From positions 54,128,001 through 54,192,000 of the forward strand of contig NC_045707.1 of assembly GCF_009834535.1 (NCBI RefSeq): DNA of 64,000 nt. The letters are read 5' to 3'. The position numbers and the translations under genes were made by a program. Below the pieces are notes generated by a model. That model saw only the letters and a list, made by a program, of their open reading frames with translations. It was not told the DNA's origin and ran no database searches. Shown here piece after piece: positions 1 through 14,009 of the stretch. Origin of the DNA: Camelus ferus. Taxonomy: Eukaryota. The stretch's first letter is position 1; each line of letters begins with the position of its first letter.

Positions 1-559
1 ACGAGGTTTTCTCCCTTTTGTCCACTAACTGTCATCTAAATGCACTGAAACCTATAAGCCCTTAATTAAAAACAGGAAGATACAATGGTATTTTAAATTC
101 AGAACCAGATGTTACCCCACCATGAAGTCCTTGCTGAGATTTGACTGCAATATTTCTCCTCAGACTGATCACCCTGTTTTTATCCTTGATCCCTTCATTC
201 TATTTTCAACACGGCAGTGGGAGCGATCCTGCTGAAACATTAATCAGGTCATTCAAGGTCATACAAGGTGTGCTGCCTCACTACCTCCCTGACAACTTCT
301 GCTCTCCCTCTTCTCTAACCATGGGCACCTCATGACTATTCCCATGCAGAGCCTTAAGGACAGGATGGCGGAATAGAAATGCAGGACCCCTGATTCAAAT
401 TTTATGAAGAATTTAAAGATGGAGTGGGTCTTGGGCACCAGGTCCTGTGCAGCCACACAGGCTGCAAAGTAGTGAAGCCAGCTTCGGTCAAGGGACTTGA
501 ATTTACCGTGCCTTCTGCCCAGACCCTCATCCCCCCCGATACCTGCATGCTCGACTCCT

Positions 560-910
560 CCTAGGTTCTTTCCTTCTCAGAACCCCACTCCCTAAGCCTT
601 CAGTCTTTCCTTTAAATGCCACTCTCTCGAGCCTTTCTGCTCACTTTATTTAAACTTGTAATCCTCATCAGACAGCCTTAACTCTCATTCTCTACATTAT
701 TTTTGTCCATAGCTCACATTTCTCTCTAGCACATGGTATATTTTACTTATTCGCCCTGTTTAATTTCTGCCTGGGTGCATTACAATGCAAATTTCAAGTG
801 AGAAGCTTTTTTTTTTTTTTTAATTTTCATTGCTGTATCCCCTGCATGTAGAATAGTGATGGGTACTCAACAAATGCATTGAATGAATAAAGGAGTGAAT
901 GAATGAATGA
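560..910 (+). mobile_element. L2 LINE 3' end fragment
   Basis: Pyrimidine-rich L2-like body, then 'gggtactcaacaaatgcattgaatgaat..gaatgaatga', the typical L2 3' tail. Confidence 0.7.
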
Positions 911-3900
911 GAATATGATTGGCTTTCAGCAGTAAAATGCTCAAGAATTGTGCATGGATAACCCATGGGCTAACTCCCAGTCCCTTTCACACAGGAAGAG
1001 CCCCAGGAATTACTCTAGAGTCACCGGCGGGAGCAGGACAGGTACTCCAGTATATGTCTTTGACTGAAATCTGTTGGTAGAGTTGTGACTCTAAAGAGCT
1101 GAATCAGAAATTCTCACGTAAACCGCGGTTTCGGGGACACCAACCTCTGACCTCCACCCTCTAGTAGCAGAATGCGCCCTCCTCCTCTGGCCCCTACCCA
1201 TCTCCGCTGACCTAAAAGGGTAAGATGAGAAACCTGTAACATTCCCTGCCGACAGGTCTCACCTTCCATTCCTCCAGGTGAGTTTGGCTCCTAGGTGGCA
1301 TAAAGTAAATTAACTGATTTTCTTCTATTCATTTTTGGTAAGTCTGTTTTCTCTCTCTAAATGTCCGCTTATTTAGAAGATGAAGAAACTGCTCTCTATT
1401 CTACGCTTAGAATTAGAAACTTGCATTTAACCAGACTATTTCAAGTATGATCTGTAGTTTCAAACCCAAGGACAAAGCCACGAATCTGGTTCTTTTTCAT
1501 ACACAAAAGTGCGAAAACTCACTTCTCCCTCCCCAGTACTTCACTAAAAACTCACAATCTCGTGGGCACAACTCTTTCACGTGGCAGACAGAACTTAGTC
1601 TCTTTGTAACCTCTGTTAAGCCCAGATCAGCCCTCTCGACCATCCATTAGATGGAGCTACAAATCTCTGGAGACAGTAGGCTTCCTACAGTCTGATTAAT
1701 CTTGTTTTATTTTCCAATTAAACAGGAGTTAAGATCATCGTCTGAGAATTAGAAGATTGTTAGAAGTTTGTGCAGAGGGGAAAGGCAAGCCATAATGCTC
1801 TGAGAGAATGAGTAGGAAGGAACATACACTAATAGGACAGTGGGATGGTTTGTCAGTGTTGAGTGCACACAGGATGTATTTTTGAAGCCCTCCCGTTTCT
1901 TTCCAGCCCTCTTCTCCTTCAGAGATCTCAGGCCATTGGTTCAAACTTCTTTTATCTCAATTTTCTGGAAATCCTATTTTCTAAAATGGGTGATTCATTT
2001 CTTGCTGGGACTTCTTTGGCTAGAGTCAACGCATATGATATGATAATAATTGTCCCTTAAGATTTTGCTAAATTCTACTTCACCAACTGGTTCTCATTAA
2101 ATGAAGTTCAGGGGCAGATTGACATAGGGAAAGTTTATGAACTTGGATGCTCAGCAAATTTGTGTTTCTATCCTAGGTCTGCCTTTAGCCAGGAGAACGA
2201 TCTTTTCTTTTTTATCTAGCCTAATAAATTGGGAAGATAGTCTTTCAAGAAATAACTTGTTGAGTGTCTTACTGTATGTCTCTTCTAGAAGTAGAGCCAT
2301 AAACAAGATCAGCAAAATCATATAGAGCCACACAATTTGCTCATAAACAATTTCTTCATTTGTATTTTGCCTTAACCTAGTGTATTGAGGACATCTGCAT
2401 TTCTTCTTATAACCGGAGAAGGTGGGTCAAATGTAGATAAGAGAAATAAAAACCACATAATCAGTGAATTGTCCTCAGGAAAATAGCTGGAAGGGAACTC
2501 CCATTTTAATTGGTGTTGACAAACAAAAAATAAGCAAATAAACAGTTACAGACAGTTGTAAGTGCTGAGAAGAAAATCAAACTGAGATGGTGATAAAGAA
2601 TGAGATTGGTGGGAGAGACTGGCTATCTTTCAAAGATGCTATGAAGATTAGGTACACTATACGGTAAGAGAGCTGGGTATTGAGCAGAATGCCTGGCAAA
2701 CTGTGAAAAAATATTGATGACCAGCAACTTCCTATATAAAGTATATCTCTTTGGTCTCATATTTCTAATAAATTTGCTCAGGAAAAAAACCATATAATCA
2801 CTTTGGTGATTTTCTTCTGGATGAATCCTACACTTAGGGTAAAGAAAGGTTAGTGAGATCAAAGGACTGAGAGTAAATTCCTAAGAGGTCGTATTGTTAC
2901 TAATAGCACATCTTTCCCCCCAAATCTCTGGAGAACAATCACATATGTACATTTCATAGTTTGCCTATTATTAGAATGAGAGTTCACGGAGAGAATATAG
3001 AATCCACTTTGTTGTCATCAAGTGAGCTCAAAACTTCAGAGTTAGAACCCAAATTCTCCTTTATGAATCAAGTTCACAAAATAATTGTCACAATTTAATA
3101 CTTGAGTAGATACATGAAAAAGTTCAAATAAAACACAACTCAAAAACCCCAGGCACTTACATGGCCCTAAAGCTCAGAAAGCATGAACTTTATTGGTGTC
3201 AATGTTTTCCCCTTCTCAAGTACACCATTTTGCCTTAGCAAAAGCAGACTGTCAACACCAGACTGAAAGGCCATTGGGATGGGACAGACTTGGGAAGAGG
3301 ACACCTGCTCCAGTAACAGGTCAGGAGTTTTAACTTATAAAGCTGACATTTTCAAACAAGTTAGGAGTAGGATGTTGAAGGTTAAAACTGAGACCCGTAA
3401 ACACACGATCTCTCACAACCAAGTATATGGGTTAACTTCCTAAAACTATTTACTTGCTGACATGAAGTCAAATGAAATACATTTTGGTGATACTCAGTTC
3501 AAACAATAAAAAAAATTGAAGTTTCATCACAAGAAAATGTTTTGGATTACTTTCACATGCCTATACTTCTTTCTAAGGAAAAATAGACTTACTCCTATTA
3601 TTCATTTTTACTTTGAATATCATACCTATTAAGCATATAGACAGTATCACCATTGTTATTTAGCATTTATTAAATTTCCACTGAGATCTATGTTAATTCA
3701 AAATATTCTAGAAGAGGAAAAGTCTTACTCTTTCAGAAAAACGGTAGGAGAATGTCTTCATAATCTTACAGTTGAAAAGTTTGGGGCATAGACAATGTTA
3801 GCCTTTAAGGGGACAAATGGATAAGTTGAAGTACATTAGAATTAAAAACTCCTGTTCTCCAAAATATATCATTAAGAAAATGATGAGGGATAAGGCAAGG

Positions 3901-3944
3901 CACAAAACAGGAGAGTACGCTCACAGATGACAGACATCCTAGAA

Positions 3945-4122
3945 CAGCACTGTACGGCAGGACTTTCTGAAGCGTCTACAGACGAAGTAACCAGTAGGAC
4001 AGCTCTCTGTGAATGAACCTACATGAATACTGAATACCTGACATGTGCCAAGTGCGACTGAAAATTTCTAATTTTGATTATTTAAAATTTATTGGCTAGT
4101 GTATTTGACAGTACATTTCTAG
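3945..4122. mobile_element. MER3/MER33-like hAT-Charlie DNA transposon remnant
   Basis: Starts 'cagcactgtac', ends 'ttgacagtac', internal 'atgtgccaagtgcgactgaaaa', flanked by CTAGA target-like sites. Confidence 0.5.
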
Positions 4123-5059
4123 AGGGTTCTAGAGATTTATTTATAGTTGATTGGATAGTTAGAACCCAGGCCTCCTGACTCAAAATTTACTTTTCTCTGA
4201 TACCATAGTAAGTGTATCTAGCAAGCCAGTTTTGATGGTGGCAGTGGAAGACATACACATTAGAAATAAGTTTGTATTTTATTCATTTTGTTTGTATTGT
4301 ATTCACTTTATTTTAGCTCTATTCATGTTAATTTTACTCATTTTACTCAATCAGCTGCTATGCATGTTAGTGGAGATAGCTAAAACAAATTTTTCACAGA
4401 ATTTTTCATCAATTTTTTTGAAATGTATAAATTTTATTCCCTTAAGGAGGTATCATACAGTAATGATGAGAAAAAAAGTAAGCGGAAGATCAAACCTTGT
4501 GCAGGGTTTGTATTTAAGGTTTGGTTAAAATTGGTTGTATTTTATTTGTTCGTTTCTCTTTTAATTTATCCAAGCTGGTGGGAGCCACTTAGTAAATAAG
4601 CTTGGTAAGCAAATTTCCTTGATACGATTTGAGAGGCACCAGAATGGATTTCTGTCATAAAAATCTCTCTCCACCAGCTTGGGATCACTATCACTGATCT
4701 TCACCATAAATTGTTATTTGCACCATCATTACCGCTAATAAATAGCAATTAAATCTGTCAATTTCAGCATTAGAGACTTTTTTTTTTTTTTTTTAAATCA
4801 AAACACTATTAGCATTAGAGAGGCTGGGGAATCTGTCTTAATCCACGAGCGACAGGGAGAAGAAAAACACTACAGGGAGTTAAAATCACACAGAAATAAA
4901 GATTTTCACAGGGATATGAAACTAGAGAAACAGTGACTCTCGGAAAAATAAATCTAGAGGAATATGTACAGCATGAGGAGGATGTGAGTTTTTGCAGAAA
5001 ACTTGACAAAAGAGGTTTGAATCGGTATTTCTTTTTAATTCCAAGGTAAGAGTGACCCC

Positions 5060-5290
5060 AGGTGACATCTAAGCTCTCACTGTGCTGTACTTTTTGTTCA
5101 TATACTTATCACTGTAATTTAAAAATTTTTTTGAATAATGCATCTTTGTTTAGAATTTGTCTCTTCCACCAAACTATAAATTCCACGAGGACAAGGGTCA
5201 TTCCTCTTTTGTTCATTTTTATACCATACCGTCAAAACAATACCTTTCATGCAGTAAGTATTCAATAAATATTTATTGGTGAATGAATGA
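5060..5290 (+). mobile_element. L2 3' fragment
   Basis: 'ctataaattccacgaggacaaggg...agtaagtattcaataaatatttattggtgaatgaatga'. Confidence 0.7.
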
Positions 5291-5419
5291 TCAAAGGATG
5301 ATTATTCCAACTAGACTGCACAGATCTGAGCGATCGTATTTTACCATCTTTTCACCTCAGTCTCTCCAATGTCATACAAGTAGTATTAGGTTTTTAAAAT
5401 GCTTATTCTTGATGACAGT

Positions 5420-5640
5420 AGCTACCATCTATTGAGAGGTTAGCATAGTTCAGACGACTAAGTGCTTCGTATGTTTGATCTAACTTAATATTCAAAACCA
5501 CCCTTAGTTATAGAGGCTACTGTTCCCATTTTCCAAATTAGGTAATGGAAGTACGGAGATACTAAGGAAATTACCCAAGGTCACACAATCTACAAATAGT
5601 AAGAGATGTTAATAATGCGCCATAGCCAAGGACTACTATT
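5420..5640 (-). mobile_element. MIR SINE
   Basis: 'cccattttccaaattaggtaatggaagtacggaga...ttacccaaggtcacacaatctacaaat' matches the MIR core in reverse orientation. Confidence 0.7.
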
Positions 5641-6055
5641 AAGTGAAGTAACGTTTTTCTGAAATTTTGTAAGATATTTGGGACAAGAAATATCTTCCTT
5701 AAAAGCTGTGAAAGATGTTGAGGGGGGGAACAAACCCAACTTGAATGTAGAAAAATTATAGTGATCATCTGACCATTCTACTCACAAATTGATTAGGAAA
5801 CATTGTATTCTCAAAAAATTTTAGTTTACCAGCATAGATAAACTCTGTATCTCAAAAGTTTCTACACGCTCTCTGTGATGTGGAATTATTATCGACCACT
5901 CAGAGCGGAGTACAAGCACAATCTGAGTGACACCTGACACTATAGCCTTGTAATCTGATTAGAAGAGTAGTAGTTCTGAATTAATCCACTCTGAAAATAC
6001 TGTAAAAATTAGATTTTCAGTTTTCCGTCGGAGTTGTCCTCGGTGTTATGGCCTT

Positions 6056-6075
6056 TGGGCGCCACCCAGTGGAGA
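6056..6075 (-). promoter_or_regulatory. Candidate CTCF binding site
   Basis: Minus strand reads CTCCACTGGGTGGCGCCCA, one mismatch to CCASYAGRKGGCRS, within a locally CpG-retaining patch. Confidence 0.55.
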
Positions 6076-6269
6076 AATGCATATAGTCGGCCGAGCTTTA
6101 AAACGGTCATTTTCCTTAAAGTCCAAGACTCATTGTTTAAATGTGTAAGCTCAGGAGCATCTGGATGAAATCTCACGAGGGGGGAACTCTGGCTTTTCAT
6201 CATCTTCCGCAGCCGGGGGAGTCAGTAGGACACTGAGTGGGCACCTAGAGGAAACTCCCTGATGCACTT

Positions 6270-6426
6270 CTGCGCGCAGCCACGTGGTTAGAATCCGCGG
6301 GCTCAACCTGTACCAGTTACAACAATGCGCGTGCGCGTGAGTAACAAGCAAGCGATCACCCTGGCTCTGGGTTTCATAGTCTCCCTTTGTATAGGGTGCT
6401 TTTTACACCTCATGCAAAAGGTAAGC
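6270..6426 (+). promoter_or_regulatory. Candidate promoter/enhancer motif cluster with downstream splice donor
   Basis: CTGCGCGCAG (6270), E-box CCACGTGG (6280), NRF1-like TGCGCGTGCGCG (6326), TGAGTAA (6338), donor-like AAG|GTAAGC at 6420/6421. Confidence 0.35.
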
Positions 6427-9009
6427 TGGACAAGGGCTAATACTTTTCTCCCCATCACTGCAGCTCGAGTGATGTCAGAGTTCCCAGTTTAGCTCCTTAT
6501 TTCCAATGCTTTAGGCCTCTGCTGTAAACATTAACTCTATGAAAAAAATATATACATATTCAGTTATATCGCAGCTCAGGCCAGGAGAACATTCTTCTTA
6601 TTAAATAAACGGCCTTGAAAAGAAATTAGATTGAGGGTCATAAATTTCTGTTTTTAGAGGCGGTGGAGCAAACAGAAGAAGGGATAAAGGAATTATTTTT
6701 CTGAACTATGATGCATATCCTTTCAAATGTCTTGGAAGAAGACAGCAGGAGGAGTCAGGCTATAGGATTGGTCTAGTCCTATCAGACTTGATTCCCTGCC
6801 TGTGAGCTCGTATCTAGTTACTCAGATTATTATAATGCTACACAAGGACTTTACTCCAAAAATCAGCTCAAAGCAGCATGCTCCAGTTCTGTCCTAATTG
6901 ACACAAACAAGTAATTCAGAAAATATATTTGAACAAGCAAGCAAACGTGCCCCCCCAACCCCCAGCCTGCCTGGTGTCACTCCTGCTCTCAAAGTCATGG
7001 CTTAGGCAGCTTGAGGTTTCCTTGGTAAGGCCTCTGCCCATGCAGTACCTGTTACCATGATAAAAAAGCACTCCAGTCTTCCTTGTGGTCAGAAAAGTTC
7101 CCAGTCTGCATACTCAGTTCATTTTGGGAAAGAATTAAGAAAAAAAAAAATGGAGAAAACTCAGCTGTCTGATCAAGGCCACGGTTCTCTTTTGCATGAT
7201 CTGCCATCTGCTGTTTAAAATGGGATGGGGGGACCTCAGAGTCCTCAGTCTGGAGTTAAACAGAGAAAAAGAAAAAAGAAGAAAAAAAAAAAAAACCCGT
7301 GAATTTAGTATTAAGCCAAAAAAAAAAAGTGTTTCTGGCACAGAAACCGCTCTTTAATTTGTGAAACCTTTTTTTTTTTTTTTACTGGGTTGGAAAAGAA
7401 ATAGAGCAGTTATGGTTTTTTTGATGGAAGGATTTAGAGAGAGGGCTTACTTGATATTCTGGGTGGATTTATTTCAGCTTTTATTTGAAAAGAGAGAGAA
7501 TATTTGTCATCTATTTAACTGGTCTTAGAGTATGAGAGCCATGCCACAAGCAGGCAAAAATGATTACATTCTAAGAATCATGACTAACTCGCTACCCAAC
7601 CCCACCTCAACCTCAAGAATACCAAAGTGCCCAACACAAATTTAAATTTCCTGATGTCTGAAGAAGCATGTTAACCGTAGTGTCATCTTTATTTTTGCCT
7701 CATGTCTCTCCGTATTTCCTCGCACCCACCAAGGAAACTTATAGACGCTTTAAATTCTTAAAAATGTGTTTCGTATTTTCCTATCATTTACTTTTCTCAT
7801 CTTGCTAAGAAATGATGAATCTAAATCATTTGACTCGGGATCATGATACGGAAGGCTATCCAGGAAGACTGATTCAAGACTGCAGATGTAGGGCAGGGAG
7901 TTAGGACACAGTACTTGTTATCATCTGCCTGAACCTCCGACGTTATCAGTCTGCAAGCGAAACTTAATCCTGAACATAAATTGCATTTCCTAAAAAAACA
8001 TAATCTTGCCTTAAGACACCAACCGCCCTGATTACAGAGAATGTCTGTGTTTACACGTTGGTACAGAGCATGCTGACTGTATTAGTGTCCTAGGAAACAA
8101 GCTGTGTGCCGCTCGCTCGCAGACCTGCTGCAAGCACTGAGGAGGGAAAGAAAAAGAAATTTTGAAATCAGACCCCCGATCTCGAACTCCTTTCAAATTC
8201 CTGAAGCACATTAGCTTTACTACTGCATGATGTGCACGGTAGTATTTCTTCTAATGAAATCTGACTAAAAGTTTAAATGAGTTTAATGCATGAAATGTAT
8301 AAATAAAATGTGGCCTTGATTAAATTTAGACTTGATACATAACTTAACTGGATAGCACAAGAACAGCGGTGGTATCATGTGTCCAGACTATTTTGGGCTT
8401 TGCAAAAGTAGTTTGGATTTTTATCAGTTAGCGTAGAGTGCTTTCTATCAGGAGCACAATATACACGCAGAGGTGGAATATGCGATAGTACTGGGGGTGG
8501 GGGAACAGTGTAACTGAAAAGAGCGAAGGGTGAGAAAATAAAGCAAGATTTAAAAGGAGATGGCAGGACAGAATTCTGAAGCACTGATTTGCAAAGAGCA
8601 GTTTACATAAGTAGAAGATTTGATTTGAAGCTTTTTCTGGATGTCTCTTACTTTCATGACTTTGGGAAAATATCTCAGTTTCGTAGAGCCTCAAGTTTTC
8701 GTCCTTGGTACAAGTGGTTCAGGATGCCTTGTATCTGCCTAATTCCTGATTTGTTGGATCAGAAAGAGATCAACACAAGTCTCTGAATACAGTGCTTTGC
8801 AAATTGAAGGCACTATCATTAAAACAGACTTTGTTAACTGCAGAAATTTTCTATCCACATCTAGAATTACCACATACTCTTTCCAGCTAGCATATAATAT
8901 ATGTAGCCATTGTACACAATGGTTGGGGTTAAAGTTATGAGTAAAGGATAAATGGGCTTTTAAAAGAAACTCTCAGTAAAACCTCAACAACTATACAGGC
9001 AACTTCGTA

Positions 9010-9245
9010 CCGCAGTAGTAAAGTATTATGAGCTTTGAAGGCAGACACACTCGGCTTGGCCTCGACCCTTCCCCTGCTACTTACTATAAATGACATGGTA
9101 TACAATTGGGCAAGTCACCATGGCTTCATAAACCATTCTGTAACTGCTATAAAATGGAGAGAATAATGCCTGCTTAATGGTTTTGCTGTGACAAATAATA
9201 TATGTGTAAAGGTTTTGACTTTTATGCCTGGTATTTAATAATAAA
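9010..9245 (+). mobile_element. MIR SINE
   Basis: 'gagctttgaaggcagacac...ttgggcaagtcacca...ctataaaatggagagaataatgcctgctt'. Confidence 0.7.
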
Positions 9246-12200
9246 TATTTTTTAAAATTTCATCTTTTTTCATGTTGTATATACCACACAAATACCATAA
9301 CACACATTTTAAGGAGATCACATCCATAAATAAGTGGAAATTACTCCGCTTCAAAAGAAGATCAAAGAATTATTCTTCATTAATAGTTCAAAAATGGAAG
9401 GCAAATATTGACATCTCCCATAATGAAAATACAGGAAAAAAAAAAAAAAAAGATTGTCAGCTGTTGAAACAAAGATGGAGGAGGACAGAGTGACAGAAAG
9501 TTCTCTTAAACCTCCTCGGCAGGAAGGTTTGATGATTCTAGGCTAAACCTCAGCCAAACTCTGGGGTTTTTTTTTTTTTTTTTCTTTTTTCTTTTTTTTT
9601 TAAATATTGCACAGTGCCACTCAGTTTCAGGCATTTAATAGAATGAAACCAGGTGAGTTTGAGCCAATTTTGCCTTTCATTTTTCAAGTTTGTTTATTAC
9701 TTTACTTAAACCACAACATTCTGAGATCTCACAAGAAAATCTGTTTCTGTGAAATTTTCAGCCTGATTTCCAAACCAGAAAAGAGGTTCAAATAAACTTG
9801 GGCCCATTTCAAAAAAGCGTCTGAGATTCTGGATGTTTATTTGAAGCAATCTGGACTCCTGACCTTTTGAGGTTCCCCCACCACCAATAAAGAGAGCCCA
9901 CAATGAATTTACTGTGCGAGGATCTGGGGCCGCAGCATCTGAATGGATAAAAAATCCCATTGGTCTCAAGGAAAGTTGTTTCGGAACACACGCGGTGGAG
10001 TCAAGCCTTAAGCAGATAGAGTGATACCCTCCTTTTAGGAAAATGTACCAACCAATCAGTGTCCTAAGTCAGAAAATCTGTAAATAGGTTATTTATTCAA
10101 TATACTTTATGAGTTTAAAAAATATTCCTAGGTTGACACCATTAAGAGGGGCTCTTGTTGGAGTAGGCAAAGGGTTTAGTCTTTCCTGGAGCACTATAGA
10201 AAAATTCAGACCCAACTGCCTTTTACCATACAGAGCCGCCTTTAACATCCTTGTGGGGCTTTAGAAAGTATGCCAATCCTCCCTAAATTCCTGAACCTTT
10301 TCAAAAACTGAATCCTACCACTTTTGAAACGATGAACACTGAGAAATTGGATTTGAAACCACAGCATTAAATGCTTAAAATCCGATCCTTCTGTCAGGAC
10401 CTGGGATAAATTAAACTGATGTACATTATTTTTAAAGAAAGGAAAAAAACATGGGAAGTGGATTTTGAAGCCTGGAGGCATAGAACAAAACAAGTTATGC
10501 AGGTGATACAAACCATCTTAGTTCATTCCTACAATGGCTTTCTACTTCCATATGGTGGCCCACGCTGGAAATAATTCTTAGGAAAACATGTTTGTATGTG
10601 ATAAATAAAACATTATTTTAGAGGTTTCTGTTTTTATTTTCAGAGTATGCTACTTTTTTATTCAGTGCTTGGACTGCCGTTTAATTTTTTTTTTTTTTAC
10701 TTTGGTGTTTGAGTTTATTTTTACAAGGACTAGTAAGTAGAGAGTCCTAGAGAATGTGTATAGATGATAAGGGTATAAGGTGGACAGCTATCAAGTATTT
10801 CCATCAAATGAATTCAGTGCAGCTGGATGATGTATATTAGGGTTTAATCAAAGCTTTAGGAATTTAAACACAAAGTGGGTTGACTTTCACTTTAGCATAT
10901 TTTAAACGTGTCCATTGTTTTACTAATATTGGTAGGTTTTACTCATTTCTGACTCCCAAATAACAGCGTTAGTCTAAAGATAAACACACCGTGAAGAGCA
11001 CAAGCCTCTACCTTACTAATTGTGGTTGTTGTCAGTGGAAGGATTTGATTTTGTAATAGGAGTCAAACTGATTAAAAGCTTCCCAATTTAGAGAAATCTT
11101 TTAAAAAGGCATTTCCTGATAATGATTCAGGCAGTAATAAGGCCAGTTCAAACATCAGAAGAGACTGGGCTCTAGATAACCATCATTCAAATATTTTAAA
11201 AATCTAACAATTTAAGCCTACTGCATGTATTTCTGTCAAAGAGCATGTCTTTTTTCTCTGTCACAGATCGTTCTGATAGAGTCTAAGCTTGTTTTCAAAT
11301 CCTGGACATTTACCCAGCAGAATTAAGAATAAAGACATCTATCAGTTGTCATTTTAGAAAAGATACTTGTCTACATATACACCAACATTCTTACTCAAAG
11401 CAGCATAATTTGTCAATAAAATGAACACCATTTAAGTGCACTTCCAGATTTAGTGAGGGGTTTTTGTTTTTAATGTTTTCATGAATTTCACTTAAAAGCC
11501 TTGTTATATTGTTTAATAAAATAGTTGCATAACATGAATTGTCTATGCATTAAAGACTTAAAAATTAATAAGACATTGCAGAATAGAGACCTAAGTGTCC
11601 CCTGAAAGCTACCGAATATTTTGAACAGGATATATATACAAACTGGGGACATTAGCTAGCGATTTTTAAAAAACTGGATGAAATGGAATTCATGAAATAT
11701 ATAGATAATTTGAGATGATGAAATCTTCACAACTTAACTGAGTACTTTACTAACCTTTCACACAGACCTGTTTATATTTTCTCAGAAATACTCCTGGAAC
11801 AAGACCCAAATATCCAAGGTGGGACAAATGATTGCTTACTGGCAGACTGAGAACCGGTTTAGAACTGAGGGGCTGCCACACCTATGTGACCTCTTGCTTC
11901 AGTTTGCATTCCAAACTGTTGCATTTGATTTCATGGCATCAAAAGTGAGCAGAAAACATACTCTCAAATCAGTTAACACAACATGCAACCCTTTTATACC
12001 TCTGATCTTAAACAGTGCCTGTGAACTGAAGCAAAAAGTAAGGCCGATTTCTGTGATGTTAACCTCTGTATGCAGTCACCAATTAGCCCTAGTCATTCAA
12101 GATATCATACCCTCAGTTTTATGATTTTGAGCATGAAGCACTGAAGTGTTTTGTTTTGTTTTCCCCCCACATTACTGCATTTAGGTGGGCCTGAGATCCA

Positions 12201-14009
12201 GGGAGAAGCTAAGGAATGCAGCAAATCTGGTGGCTGTAAACGCTAGGGTAAGACCAGATAGTTCCTAGGAGAGGATGCTTTCCAAGATTTTTTTTCTTTC
12301 CGTCAACTGAACTCTCCAGGATCATACAGACTGAACCTCAGTTCAAAGGGCACTTTCCTTTAAGAAGAGGTTGAATTATCTGTACACCCCTCCTCTTCCA
12401 CATAAGTGACTGACAGGGGTTTTTAATCAACATTTGTTATTGACTTTTTGCTAATTTATTTTTGTTTTTAATTTTTCAATATACTGGGCACATTGAACAT
12501 TTTTTAAAAAATAAGCATGATAAACTACAAACCAATGGATTCTCAAAAAGTTTTTTCACACGTGTGCCATCAAAGTGGAATTTATATACTGTGGAACCCC
12601 TTGATAAGACCTGATTAATATCCACCTGTTATTGTCCACTGCCTGTCAGAGGTTAGTGGGCATTTGCAATATGATAGGATATGTTTCAATGTATTGTACA
12701 TCTAAAATCATCTAAAATAAAAAAAAAAAACAAATTTCCATTATTTAAATAGCTTATGCTGAAGAATGGCATACCAATGACTTTCTTACACATTTCTTCC
12801 CACAAAAATAATTCTCATAAATTTCTTTCTGTGGACTAATTTATACCATTTAGCCTTCATCTGAAAATTTTGCTCCACTGTATTTGTTGTTAAAAAAAAA
12901 AAAAAAAGGCAGGTAAATCATCACCACTGAATGATGGTCTAACACCTAGAAATCTGTCCCACCGATTCACAAAGGGCTGCTCCATCCTACAGGAACGCTA
13001 CACACAGTGGGTGTTGTTGACTGTTAGCTGAGGGAAGAACTATTTTTGTACTGTTATAACTTTTATTCAAAGAGACTCAGAGTACTTTTCAAATTAAGCA
13101 CTACCATTACATTGAAATGGAGCCACCCTGGAGAGAGTGTGCGGGCTGTCAATCAGTGCACGGCCACTACACAGCTGACGGGGAAACAGCATACTTTTGG
13201 CAACTATGGTAAAACCCTTACATACCAAAAATACAGTGGTATCTTTGATCTCTTAGAACGAAGGCAAGGCTTGTTGGCTTTTTCCTCAGGGATTCATCCA
13301 AAAATCTCCAAGACCAAATCCATTACTCATATAAAACCTTTGCTGGAGTTGACCACATGATATAGAAAAGAGACCTTTTCAGAAACATTCAATAGGGAAT
13401 TTTCTTCTCTTGCTAATATTTGAAAAATTCTGGGGAGATTTTTTTTTTAACTGGAATATAATCCTCACCAAAATGTATATTCACCTGATTTCCCAAACAC
13501 TACCTTCCAGTTGAAACTGCTTTGTTATTTTGTTAATAACCCTTATTTAATTGTTTTATATATTTTCTGTTTTGGGTGTATGGTGTGTTTCTAAGGAGTT
13601 CGGAATTTCTAAGAAGTTAAGAATGTACATTTAGACTCCAGGTGTTAATTTGTCAATTCTTTATTGAGAGTTAAATAAAAGGATTAAGGTCTTTCTAACT
13701 ATGATTTTTCACATATGACTTTAATTCTTCTTTTAATTCCCTGTCTCTAATAGGAAACATAGTAATTCATTCATTTGTAATTCTCTCAATTGTTGTAATA
13801 GAGGTCTTAGACAAAATGGACACTGGAAAATTATTATATGCACTTGAAATACCTCATGAGCCTGGCCTTTGTTCAGCTTGACTTTGGATCTCAAAGATGG
13901 GATGAAGGTGAAATAAAATTTCTAGAGCACATACTGTGTGCCTGGAACTCTACCAGAAACTTCACTTTTTCATCCCATTTAATCACTGCAACAATCCCAT
14001 GGGTATAAT

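Noticed and set aside
1150..1302. Additional CTCF-like motifs and a CAG|GTGAGT donor
   Set aside because: Multiple core mismatches; isolated donor consensus matches occur frequently by chance.
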